A stretch of 64,000 bases of DNA from Bacillota bacterium (lineage in GTDB: Bacteria; Bacillota; Bacilli; ZCTH02-B2): positions 27,064 to 91,063 of the forward strand of contig PKQY02000003.1 of NCBI GenBank assembly GCA_017577895.2. Direction: 5' to 3'. The position numbers were made by a program, and so were the translations under genes. Position 1 is the stretch's first letter. Each line of letters opens with the position of its first letter. Under the pieces are notes generated by a model that did no database searches, was not told the DNA's origin, and worked only from the letters and a program-made list of their open reading frames with translations. Positions 8,670 to 16,317 of this stretch are shown piece by piece.

Positions 8670-9482
8670 ATGTCCATGGACTGGGGACAACAAGTGGCGG
8701 CCTTGCGCCAACAAGTGCGGAAACAAGTGCCGCTCATTCATCATATGACCAACGTGGTGGTCACCAACTTTACCGCCAACGGCACGTTGGCCATTGGGGC
8801 TTCGCCGGTCATGGCGTATGCCCGGGAAGAAGTGGCGGAAATGGTCGGTCATGCCCATGCCCTTGTGTTGAACATCGGCACGTTGACCGCCGAAGAATTG
8901 GCGTCCATGATCGTGGCGGGTCAGGAAGCCAATCGCCGGGGTATTCCGGTCTTGTTGGACCCGGTAGGGGGCGGGGCCACCGAGTTTCGATTGGAAGCGG
9001 CAAAACGCATCTTGCGCGAAGTCAACGTGACGACCGTACGGGGGAACGCTTCCGAAGTGGCGGCCCTCATCGGATGGCGTTGGCAGAGCCGGGGCGTCGA
9101 TTCGGTCGGGGAAGCCGGCGACCGAATTCAGCTGGCCAAGTCGGCGGCGGCTTCGTTAGGCGTGACGGTGGCAGTGACGGGGCCGGTGGACGTGGTGGTC
9201 GGTCCCAACGGCGGATTTGCGGTAGAAAACGGCCATCCGATGCTCGGACTGGTAACCGGCACCGGTTGTTTGGCGACCGGTGTCGTGGCGGCATTTACCG
9301 CAGTGGCAACCGACCCTGCATGGGCTGCCGCTGCAGCATTGGCCTTCTACGGAGTGGCGGCGGAGCAGGCGATGGCCGATGCTCGGGGCCCCGGCAGTTT
9401 TCAAGCGGCTTTTTTGGACGAACTGTATCGGTTGCCCGATGCGGTGTTGTCCGAGCGCGTCCGCATCAAGAGCTTGGACTAG
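8670..9482 (+). CDS. thiM: Hydroxyethylthiazole kinase
   Basis: PLIHHMTNVVVTNFTANGTLAIGASPVMA and TGTGCL motifs. ATG 8670 follows AAGGAG. Confidence 0.9.
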   Translation: MSMDWGQQVAALRQQVRKQVPLIHHMTNVVVTNFTANGTLAIGASPVMAYAREEVAEMVGHAHALVLNIGTLTAEELASMIVAGQEANRRGIPVLLDPVGGGATEFRLEAAKRILREVNVTTVRGNASEVAALIGWRWQSRGVDSVGEAGDRIQLAKSAAASLGVTVAVTGPVDVVVGPNGGFAVENGHPMLGLVTGTGCLATGVVAAFTAVATDPAWAAAAALAFYGVAAEQAMADARGPGSFQAAFLDELYRLPDAVLSERVRIKSLD

Positions 9483-9493
9483 GGGGGAGAGAT

Positions 9494-9943
9494 GTGCTTT
9501 ATCCGCTGGACGAAAAAAAAGTGGAAGAGGTGCTGCAGTTTATCGAGGGGCATGTGCCGACGCTGTTGCAGATGGCCGAAGCGGGCGCGGCCCCGATGGA
9601 ACAAGACGTCGTTCATCGGCTGGCGGTGGAGCGGCTGATTCAACTGCTGACGGAGGCCATGACCGACGTCTGTGCGCTCATCATCGACGGGCTCATGTTG
9701 CGGGATCCGGGGAGTTACCAGGATTTGGTCGAAATTGTGACCCAAGAAGGCGCTTTTCCTGCCGAATACGGGGAACGGCTGAAGGAACTGGTCGCTTTTC
9801 GCACCCGCCTGATGCGGGAATACTTGTCCGTCACGGTTCCTGAATTGAGCGACACGCTGCGCTTGGCCGGCGAACTGCTGCCCTCTTTCACCGGATATGT
9901 CCGCAAATTTTTGGCAGATGAACTATTTAAGGAGAATTTCTAA
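9494..9943 (+). CDS. yutE: DUF86 (HepT-like fold) protein, YutE family
   Basis: GTG start after GGGGGGAGAG. The sequence AVERLIQLLTEAMTDVCALII...LVAFRTRLMREY is a DUF86 pattern. Only the last 149 codons of the 488-aa ORF 8477..9943 are credible. Confidence 0.8.
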   Translation: MLYPLDEKKVEEVLQFIEGHVPTLLQMAEAGAAPMEQDVVHRLAVERLIQLLTEAMTDVCALIIDGLMLRDPGSYQDLVEIVTQEGAFPAEYGERLKELVAFRTRLMREYLSVTVPELSDTLRLAGELLPSFTGYVRKFLADELFKENF

Positions 9944-9978
9944 CTAAATACTGGCGTAAGTTTACTTCCTCTCGGGAT

Positions 9979-10010
9979 TACAGTAGAATATACAGTAACG
10001 ATCTACGGTA
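9979..10010 (+). promoter_or_regulatory. Three direct copies of TACNGTA (TACAGTA, TACAGTA, TACGGTA), a candidate operator
   Basis: Copies at 9979, 9991 and 10004, spaced 12 and 13 bp. Each copy is an internally palindromic TAC-N-GTA. They overlap a TAGAAT -10-like hexamer just upstream of the regulator gene. Confidence 0.35.
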
Positions 10011-10014
10011 GAGG

Positions 10015-10659
10015 GTGATCCCCGTGGCGGTAAGCGTCGGCAATACACGCGAGGAAATCCTGACCTTGTTGAAACAGACCCCGAATTTGTCCGTCGGTGA
10101 AATTGCCCAAAAGTTAGGCATCACCGAAATGGCGGTGCGCCGTCATTTGAACAATTTGGAACGGGATCAGCTGCTGTCTTCCCACTTGGTCCGTCAGTCC
10201 ATGGGCCGTCCGAGCCGGGTGTACCATTTGACCGAGAAAGCGGACGACTATTTCCCGAAAGCGTACATGACGTTTGCCATTGAACTCATGGAAGACTTGG
10301 GACACCTCCAGGGTCCCGAAGTGGTCAATCGGCTGTTCCAGCGGCGGGCGGAGCGGTTGTATGGGCAATACAAGGAAGAAGTGAACGGAGCGACGTTGGA
10401 GGAAAAAATCCAGCAGCTGGTGCGGGTGCAAAATCGCAAAGGGTATATGGTGGAGCTGGAAAAACAGGGTGAGCAATTCACGTTGAAAGAGTACAATTGC
10501 CCCATCGCACAAGTGGCTAAACAGTTTCCGCAAGCCTGTGACGGGGAAATCCAATTGTTTCAACGGCTGCTCGGATGTCGGGTGGAACAAATTCAGTGTA
10601 TGGCCAAAGGAGCGCCTCATTGCGCCTTCGTCTTTACGGAAGATGAGCCGAAAAGTTAA
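10015..10659 (+). CDS. Winged-HTH transcriptional regulator (COG2345/SufR-like architecture) with a C-terminal Cys cluster
   Basis: N-terminal REEILTLLKQTPNLSVGEIAQKLGITEMAVRRHLNNLERDQLL. The C-terminus has C-x12-C-x12-C-x6-C-x7-C. The start may instead be the GTG at 10024. Confidence 0.75.
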   Translation: MIPVAVSVGNTREEILTLLKQTPNLSVGEIAQKLGITEMAVRRHLNNLERDQLLSSHLVRQSMGRPSRVYHLTEKADDYFPKAYMTFAIELMEDLGHLQGPEVVNRLFQRRAERLYGQYKEEVNGATLEEKIQQLVRVQNRKGYMVELEKQGEQFTLKEYNCPIAQVAKQFPQACDGEIQLFQRLLGCRVEQIQCMAKGAPHCAFVFTEDEPKS

Positions 10660-10677
10660 ATGGCTGGAGGAAATCGT

Positions 10678-11193
10678 ATGAGTGTGCTCCAATTTCCTGC
10701 AGCCGGCGGAGGCGTCATCCGACTGACGTTTGACTTGGAGCATGCCGATGTGGAAGCCGCGAAGCACGTGCTGATCTTTCCCAATTACAATCATCGGTTG
10801 CTGATGGTGCACCATCAGACGAGAGGATGGGAACTGCCGGGCGGAAAAGTGGAGAAAGGCGAGCATCCGATGGCCGCAGCGGTCCGGGAAGTGTACGAAG
10901 AATCGGGAGCGGTGCTCAAAGGGTTGCAGTGGATTGGCCAATATTCATTGCGGAGCAAGCGGTATCAGTTGACGAAAAACATTTATTACGGGGAAGTGTT
11001 GCGGCTTGATCCGTTGCCGAAAGGTTTCGAAACCGATCAAATCCGTCTGTTCGAGAAGCCGCCCTACCCGGTGAACGGCGAACAGTTCAGTTACATCTTG
11101 CAAGATCGTGTGTATCCATTGAGTTTGCAATACATTGCCCAGCATTTTGAATCCCGTTGGTTGCCGGAAAAAGGCGTCGCTCATCTGGATTAA
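10678..11193 (+). CDS. ytkD: Nudix hydrolase, YtkD-like nucleoside triphosphatase
   Basis: Nudix box [29 protein letters not shown]. The overall match to the YtkD pattern includes the [14 protein letters not shown] tail. GGAGG lies 7 nt before ATG 10678. Confidence 0.85.
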   Translation: MSVLQFPAAGGGVIRLTFDLEHADVEAAKHVLIFPNYNHRLLMVHHQTRGWELPGGKVEKGEHPMAAAVREVYEESGAVLKGLQWIGQYSLRSKRYQLTKNIYYGEVLRLDPLPKGFETDQIRLFEKPPYPVNGEQFSYILQDRVYPLSLQYIAQHFESRWLPEKGVAHLD

Positions 11194-11228
11194 AAAAACC
11201 CGTCCCAGAGCTTTCGGGACGGGTTTTT
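11194..11228. terminator. Bidirectional terminator between ytkD (+) and yutI (-)
   Basis: aaaaacccgtccc-agagctttc-gggacgggttttt, a perfect stem flanked by A- and T-runs. Confidence 0.8.
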
Positions 11229-11240
11229 GGCTTAATTGGA

Positions 11241-11486
11241 TTAAAGCACTTGTTCCACTTCGACGACGCCCGGGACTTCTTCAATGAGCGCCCGTTCCAC
11301 GCCGGCTTTCAACGTGATGGTCGATGCGGGGCAACTGCCGCAAGCACCCATCAACCGCACTTTGACGACGCCGTTTTCCACACCCACCAACTCGATGTCA
11401 CCGCCGTCCCGTTGGATGAAGGGACGCAGTTTATCGAGCACTTCTTGCACTTGTTCTTCAATGGTCGGGTTATGGGCTTGCTCCAT
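11241..11486 (-). CDS. yutI: NifU C-terminal-domain Fe-S scaffold/carrier protein (YutI)
   Basis: [43 protein letters not shown] with the CxxC motif. ATG 11486 lies 9 nt after AAAGGAG. Confidence 0.9.
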   Translation of the reverse strand: MEQAHNPTIEEQVQEVLDKLRPFIQRDGGDIELVGVENGVVKVRLMGACGSCPASTITLKAGVERALIEEVPGVVEVEQVL

Positions 11487-11508
11487 GTTTCCCAACTCCT
11501 TTCACCAT

Positions 11509-11523
11509 TTATTATAATTATAA
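11509..11523. promoter_or_regulatory. PerR/Fur-family-type 7-1-7 box TTATTATAATTATAA
   Basis: Matches 13 of the 14 specified positions of the B. subtilis PerR box consensus TTATAATNATTATAA. It overlaps the -10 of the predicted yutI promoter. Confidence 0.4.
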
Positions 11524-11545
11524 ACCAAGATTGTCGAGAATCCAA
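11517..11545 (-). promoter_or_regulatory. Sigma-A-type promoter for yutI (TTGGAT-17-TATAAT)
   Basis: Minus-strand -35 TTGGAT (11545-11540), a 17-nt spacer, then -10 TATAAT (11522-11517). A second TATAAT follows immediately. Confidence 0.5.
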
Positions 11546-11564
11546 TTGTTGATTGTGCTGTACT

Positions 11565-11593
11565 CTTGCCAGCCGGTAGGGATGGTCGTATAC
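11565..11593 (+). promoter_or_regulatory. Sigma-A-type promoter for sufA/yutM (TTGCCA-17-TATACT)
   Basis: Hexamers at 11565-11570 and 11588-11593 with a 17-nt spacer, 36 nt upstream of the start codon. Confidence 0.5.
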
Positions 11594-11628
11594 TGTATAT
11601 TATAACGTAACCGAAAGGAGGGGGCCTC

Positions 11629-11982
11629 ATGTTGACATTGACGGAACCGGCCTGCGAAAAAATTAAAGAAATGATGGAAAAGGACGGCAATCCGAACCTT
11701 TATTTGCGGATTGGCGTTCATCCGGGCGGTTGCAGCGGTTTTTCGTACGGCATGGGGTTTGACGATCAGAAACATGAGGACGATATGGAATTGGAGCAAC
11801 ACGGCGTGCGCATTTTGGTCGATGCGAAAAGCGCTCCGTTTTTGCAAGGCGTCGAGATTGATTACAAGGAAACCTTGATGGGGGGCGGATTTACGATCCA
11901 CAACCCCAACGCCATCAGCACGTGTGGTTGCGGTCATTCGTTCCGGACGAAAGACGCGGCCGGCCAACCGGAACAGTGCTGA
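11629..11982 (+). CDS. sufA: HesB/IscA-family Fe-S cluster insertion protein (SufA/YutM)
   Basis: LRIGVHPGGCSGFSYGMGFD and the C-terminal CGCGHSF motif. AAAGGAGGGGG RBS. Confidence 0.9.
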   Translation: MLTLTEPACEKIKEMMEKDGNPNLYLRIGVHPGGCSGFSYGMGFDDQKHEDDMELEQHGVRILVDAKSAPFLQGVEIDYKETLMGGGFTIHNPNAISTCGCGHSFRTKDAAGQPEQC

Positions 11983-11998
11983 GACCGTGCTGAGGATG

Positions 11999-12041
11999 AC
12001 GGGCTGTCCAACCGAGAGGGAGGACAGCCCGTTCGTTTTTG
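11999..12041 (+). terminator. Intrinsic terminator after sufA
   Basis: 11-bp stem acgggctgtcc / ggacagcccgt followed by TCGTTTTTGTTG. Confidence 0.7.
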
Positions 12042-12045
12042 TTGA

Positions 12046-13062
12046 TTACAGGTTCAGGCTGCTGCTGTGGCCCGGCTGCAACCGTGCGCTTGGATCGATG
12101 TACAGTTTGGCGTTGCTGACGGCCATCGGCGCCTCGCCGAAGCCAGTGGCGATGAGTTTGATTTTGCCCGGATACGTTGCGATGTCCCCCGCGGCGAAAA
12201 TGCCCGGAATGTTGGTCTCCATATGGGAGTTGACCTTGATGGAACCGCCCTCAATTTCCAAACCCCAGTCTTTGATGGGCCCGAGGGAAGATACGAAACC
12301 AAAATTGACGATGACGGCATCCACGTCTACCGTGGTTTGTTCTTTCGTCTTGTTGTCCTGCAAAATGACTTGGCGAATCTCCGTGTCGCCTTCCAAGGCG
12401 ATGATTTCCTTGGGGGTCATAATGCGGACCGATGATTTTTTCAAGTTTTCGACACTGTGTTCATGGGCCCGGAACGTATCCCGCCGGTGCACCAAAGTAA
12501 CTTCTTTTGCCACCGGTTCCAGCATCAATGCCCAATCCACCGCCGAGTCTCCGCCGCCGGCGATGAGCACTCTTTTGCCTTTGAATAAATTCATATCGCG
12601 CACGAAATAATACAAATTGGTTTTCTCAAAGTGCTCAATGTTGTCTAAAGGCAGTTTGCGCGGTTCAAAGGCACCGACGCCGGCGGTGATGATGACCGCT
12701 TTGCTGTAATGCACCCCTTTGTTCGTGGTGAGCCGGAAGGAACGTTCTTCCAGCTTTTCGACCTTGAGGACTTGCTCTTCCAAGCAGACGGTCGGGTTAA
12801 ACAAGTTCATTTGTTCGATGAGCTGATCCACGAGTTTCTGCGCCCGTACTTTCGGGAAGCCGGCGACGTCGTAAATGTATTTTTCCGGGTACAGTGCGGC
12901 CAATTGTCCTCCCAATTGGGGCAAGCTTTCGATGAGCTTGACGCTGCAGTTGCGAATACCGGCGTAAAAGGTCGCAAACAGCCCTGCGGGACCACCGCCG
13001 ATGACCGTGATGTCATATACTCGTTTATCCACATGTCCTGCAGGATTTTCTGACATTTTCAT
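12046..13062 (-). CDS. yumC: Ferredoxin-NADP+ reductase, thioredoxin-reductase-like type (YumC)
   Basis: [30 protein letters not shown] and [11 protein letters not shown] motifs. 338 aa. Confidence 0.9.
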   Translation of the reverse strand: MKMSENPAGHVDKRVYDITVIGGGPAGLFATFYAGIRNCSVKLIESLPQLGGQLAALYPEKYIYDVAGFPKVRAQKLVDQLIEQMNLFNPTVCLEEQVLKVEKLEERSFRLTTNKGVHYSKAVIITAGVGAFEPRKLPLDNIEHFEKTNLYYFVRDMNLFKGKRVLIAGGGDSAVDWALMLEPVAKEVTLVHRRDTFRAHEHSVENLKKSSVRIMTPKEIIALEGDTEIRQVILQDNKTKEQTTVDVDAVIVNFGFVSSLGPIKDWGLEIEGGSIKVNSHMETNIPGIFAAGDIATYPGKIKLIATGFGEAPMAVSNAKLYIDPSARLQPGHSSSLNL

Positions 13063-13221
13063 TTACACCCCCGATAAATCATGAAAAGACCACATTTCGC
13101 GTACATTATAAGCCGAATCGGCTATTTTATAAACCCCATGATTGGACAAAAACATATGTCTGAAAAATTGGTGTAATTGCCTCTTTTGGACATTTCGACG
13201 TTTGAATGGCCGATTTCTGTC

Positions 13222-13250
13222 TTGAAAATTGACGGGGAAAAGCATATCAT
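13222..13250 (+). promoter_or_regulatory. Candidate sigma-A promoter for ndh (TTGAAA-17-TATCAT)
   Basis: Hexamers at 13222-13227 and 13245-13250 with a 17-nt spacer. Confidence 0.4.
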
Positions 13251-13297
13251 GGAAAAAGATTCATGGACTGCGGGCGGACTGGACAGAGAAAGAAAGG

Positions 13298-14491
13298 ATG
13301 TATGCCGTGGCAAAAAAGATATTGATTCTTGGTGGCGGATATGGCGGAATGATGACGGCCGTCACGTTGCAGAAAAAACTGCATTACAACGAAGCGGAAG
13401 TCACCTTGGTCAATGAAAACAGCTACCATTACTTCACGACCGAGTTGCACATGCCGGCTGCCGGCACGGCCCATCACGACCGTTTTCGGGTGCCGATTTC
13501 CTCGTTGTTGAACGAGAAAAAAATCCGGTTTCTCCAAGGACGGGTCACGGCCATCGATGTTTCAGCCCAGCAAGTGGAATTGGCCGAAGGGGACAAGCTG
13601 GATTACGATTATTTGGTCATCGCTTTAGGCAGCGCGCCGGAGACGTTCGGCATTCCGGGCTTGGGCGAATACGCTTTCGGCATCCGGAATATTAATACAG
13701 TGCGGATGATTCGCCAACACATTGAATACATGTTCGCCAAATTCGCCAATGATCATCGGCCGGAACTGTTGACCATCGTCGTCGGCGGCGCCGGCTTTAC
13801 CGGCATCGAGTTTGTCGGTGAACTGGCCGATCGGGTGCCGGAATTGTGCCGGGAATACGACGTGGACCGGAATTTGGTGAAAATTTACGTCGTCGAAGCC
13901 GCGCCGCAGGCGTTGCCCGGGTTTGACCCGGAATTGGTGGAATACGCCGTTCGCGTATTGGAAAACAAAGGAGTCACGTTTTTGATCAATACGCCCATCA
14001 AAGAATGCACGCCCGAAGGCGTCATCTTGGGCGACGGCCAGGAGATCAAGGCGGGCACCGTCGTCTGGACCGGCGGTGTGCGGGGCAATCCCGTCGTGGA
14101 AAACAGCGGCATCGAGACGATGCGGGGCCGGGTGAAAGTGGACGAATATCTCCGGGCGCCCGGGTTGGAAAACGTCTTTGTCATCGGCGACTGTTCGTTG
14201 GTGTTCAACGAAGAAGGCCGGCCCTATCCACCGACAGCCCAGATGGCGACGCAACAAGGTAAGGCTTTGGGCGCCAATTTGGTCGCCTTGTTGCGGGGCG
14301 GTTCCATGACGCCGTTCCGTTACATTCACCGCGGGACTGTGGCTTCTTTGGGCAAAGGCGAAGGCATCGGCATGGTTGGCCGCCGGAAGCTGTTTGGTGG
14401 CCAGGCCGCGTTCATGAAAAAAATCGTCGACAACCGGGCGTTGTATTTGATTGGCGGCTTGCCGCTGGTCTTGAAAAAAGGAAAGTTTTAA
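13298..14491 (+). CDS. ndh: Type II NADH dehydrogenase (NDH-2; YumB/YutJ-like)
   Basis: KKILILGGGYGGMMTA, IVVGGAGFTGIEFVGELA and VIGDCS motifs. ATG 13298 is favoured over the ORF-track start 13229. Confidence 0.9.
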   Translation: MYAVAKKILILGGGYGGMMTAVTLQKKLHYNEAEVTLVNENSYHYFTTELHMPAAGTAHHDRFRVPISSLLNEKKIRFLQGRVTAIDVSAQQVELAEGDKLDYDYLVIALGSAPETFGIPGLGEYAFGIRNINTVRMIRQHIEYMFAKFANDHRPELLTIVVGGAGFTGIEFVGELADRVPELCREYDVDRNLVKIYVVEAAPQALPGFDPELVEYAVRVLENKGVTFLINTPIKECTPEGVILGDGQEIKAGTVVWTGGVRGNPVVENSGIETMRGRVKVDEYLRAPGLENVFVIGDCSLVFNEEGRPYPPTAQMATQQGKALGANLVALLRGGSMTPFRYIHRGTVASLGKGEGIGMVGRRKLFGGQAAFMKKIVDNRALYLIGGLPLVLKKGKF

Positions 14492-14506
14492 GCCAGGGGT
14501 GAGCCC

Positions 14507-14770
14507 ATGAACATCGCCCAGTTGATCATCTCCATCCTGCTGTTCTTGGTCTTGGCCTTTGGCATCGGATTCATCCTCAACATGCTGGCCAAAACGACCT
14601 GGTTGCCCATTTTGTTGTACGTGTTGTTAGTGGCGTATTTGTTTTTCTTCAAAACGCAACGGCAGTTTGCCTGGGTCGATTGGCTCGTGTTGTCGGCGGG
14701 TTTGGCCGGATGTATTCTCAGCGGTGTCGTCATTCGGTCGTTGCGACAGAAAGGTTTTCGCATGTTTTAG
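14507..14770 (+). CDS. yuiB: YuiB family small membrane protein
   Basis: 87 aa with two or three TM segments. The position after ndh and near yuiC/yuiD matches Bacillus. Confidence 0.75.
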   Translation: MNIAQLIISILLFLVLAFGIGFILNMLAKTTWLPILLYVLLVAYLFFFKTQRQFAWVDWLVLSAGLAGCILSGVVIRSLRQKGFRMF

Positions 14771-14788
14771 ATGGGGCCGGTAGCACGA

Positions 14789-14817
14789 TTGACCCGTTTT
14801 TTCGCTTGTGTTACAAT
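14789..14817 (+). promoter_or_regulatory. Sigma-A promoter of the ilvA leader (TTGACC-17-TACAAT, preceded by TGT)
   Basis: -35 at 14789-14794 and -10 at 14812-14817 with a 17-nt spacer, immediately upstream of the T-box leader. Confidence 0.6.
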
Positions 14818-14825
14818 GGCAGGCA

Positions 14826-15115
14826 AAAGCGAATTGCATAACGGTAGCAACATCGATGAACAGGACAGTAGCAGACGGATGTGCTTTTCAGAGAGCCGGT
14901 GGCGGTGGGAATCCGGTAAGCAGCCGTTTGCGAAGATCACCTGGGAGATGGGAGCTGAACGTCACGGACCTGGCGGTTCGTGATCAGTAAGTGTCTCCGG
15001 GTTTTCCCGTTACAGAAGCGAGGCGTGGATGGCGCCTCCATGAGTGCCGGCGACAGGCCGGAAGAAGGGTGGTAACACGGGAACCTCTCGTCCCTTAGGG
15101 CGAGAGGTTTTTTTG
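14826..15115 (+). promoter_or_regulatory. T-box leader (tRNA-sensing riboswitch) with terminator, probable Ile (AUC) specifier
   Basis: Stem I elements GATGAA, AGTA, CAGAGAG and CCGGTGGCGGTGGGAATCCGG. Specifier-loop context GAAG-ATC-A at 14936-14938. T-box sequence AAGGGTGGTAACACGGG at 15064-15080. Terminator cctctcg...cgagagg plus T7 at 15082-15115. Confidence 0.85.
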
Positions 15116-15146
15116 ATATTGGCGGAATCCGTGAACGAACAAAGAG

Positions 15147-16190
15147 GTGATGCGAGATGGGGATTGGGTACAATACAGCGATGTGGTGGACGCATTAAAT
15201 ATCGTCAGTACCGTCGTACACCGGACGCCCTTTTTGTACTCAAAAACGTTCAGTCGCTGGAGCGGCTGCGAGGTGTATTTGAAACTGGAAAACTTGCAGC
15301 GCACCGGGGCGTTTAAAATCCGGGGCGCCTACAATATGATTGCCCATTTATCGCCGGAAGAACGGCAAAAAGGGGTCGTTTGCGCCTCGGCGGGCAATCA
15401 CGCCCAAGGGGTGGCCCTTTCGGCGTCATTGTTCGGCATTCCGGCGACGGTCGTCATGCCGGAACAAGCCCCCCAAGCCAAAATCGAGGCGACGGAAGGG
15501 TATGGGGCGAAAGTGTTGCTTCGAGGCAATACGTACAACGATGCCTATGAATACGCCATGCAGTTTTGCCGCTTGACCGGCGCCACCTTTGTTCACGCCT
15601 TCGATCATCCGCATGTCATCGCCGGTCAGGGGACAGTGGCCCTGGAAATGTTACAAGATCGCTTAGATCTGGATGCCATTTTAGTGCCGATTGGCGGCGG
15701 CGGTCTCATCGCCGGGGTCGGCGTGGCGGTCAAAGCCGTTCAGCCGCAAATTCAAGTCATCGGCATCGAACCGGCCGGGTCGCCGTCCATGCTCCTCTCC
15801 TTGCAGAACGGCCGGCGGACGACGTTGTCTTCCATCCAGACCATCGCCGACGGTTTGGCGGTTAAAACACCCGGGGAATTGACGTTTTCCATCGTCCAAA
15901 AAGTGGTGGACGATGTCATTACGGTGACGGAAGAGGAAATCAGCGAGGCCATGTGGCTCTTGCTGGAACGGAACAAAAGCTTGGTGGAAGGGGCAGGGGC
16001 CGTGGGGGTGGCGGCGCTGTTGTCCGGTCGGTACCCATGGCTGAAAGGGAAAAAGGTGGCGGTCATTGTCAGCGGCGGCAACGTGGATATGAACCGGCTG
16101 TTGGCATTGCCGCGGAAAGAACAGAACACGTCCTTTTCCCGGGAAGCCCGGAAACCGAAAAAACTGTTGGCCCATGCCTCCAGCCGTTGA
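15147..16190 (+). CDS. ilvA: Threonine ammonia-lyase (threonine dehydratase), short form without a C-terminal ACT-like regulatory domain
   Basis: YLKLENLQRTGAFKIRGAYN (PLP lysine) and SAGNHAQGVA motifs. 347 aa ending in a short basic tail. Confidence 0.9.
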   Translation: MMRDGDWVQYSDVVDALNIVSTVVHRTPFLYSKTFSRWSGCEVYLKLENLQRTGAFKIRGAYNMIAHLSPEERQKGVVCASAGNHAQGVALSASLFGIPATVVMPEQAPQAKIEATEGYGAKVLLRGNTYNDAYEYAMQFCRLTGATFVHAFDHPHVIAGQGTVALEMLQDRLDLDAILVPIGGGGLIAGVGVAVKAVQPQIQVIGIEPAGSPSMLLSLQNGRRTTLSSIQTIADGLAVKTPGELTFSIVQKVVDDVITVTEEEISEAMWLLLERNKSLVEGAGAVGVAALLSGRYPWLKGKKVAVIVSGGNVDMNRLLALPRKEQNTSFSREARKPKKLLAHASSR

Positions 16191-16223
16191 GATCGGCATT
16201 CAGAACAAGACATCCATCACATT

Positions 16224-16292
16224 AAAAAGAGCTTCCACAAAAAGAGCCTTTACCCGCGTATGGCGAAAAAGAGCCTCCACCCGCGTATGGCG
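16224..16292. repeat. Tandem direct repeats of AAAAAGAGCYTYYAC(CCGCGTATGGCG): one partial unit plus two 27-bp units
   Basis: Units at 16224-16238 (partial), 16239-16265 and 16266-16292. The two full units are 25/27 identical. The last unit forms the 5' arm of the terminator hairpin. Confidence 0.7.
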
Positions 16293-16304
16293 GTGTGGAG
16301 GCTC
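16262..16304 (-). terminator. Intrinsic terminator of thiG
   Basis: 10-bp stem gagcctccac / gtggaggctc (16271-16280 / 16295-16304), followed on the minus strand by TTTTT (16270-16266). Confidence 0.65.
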
Positions 16305-16317
16305 GGCTTTCTTACGG

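Noticed and set aside
8477-9493. The N-terminal 339 codons of the 488-aa plus-strand ORF 8477..9943, which overlap thiM in another frame.
   Set aside because: This part is Gly/Arg-rich low-complexity sequence with no RBS, and it fully overlaps the well-supported thiM. Only the last 149 codons (DUF86, from GTG 9494 with its own RBS) look real.
14936-14941. Alternative T-box specifier ACC (Thr) one codon downstream of ATC.
   Set aside because: ATC is followed by the conserved purine (A), whereas ACC is followed by T. Induction of a threonine-consuming enzyme by threonine starvation would also be counter-productive. The question stays open until a covariance-model alignment is done.
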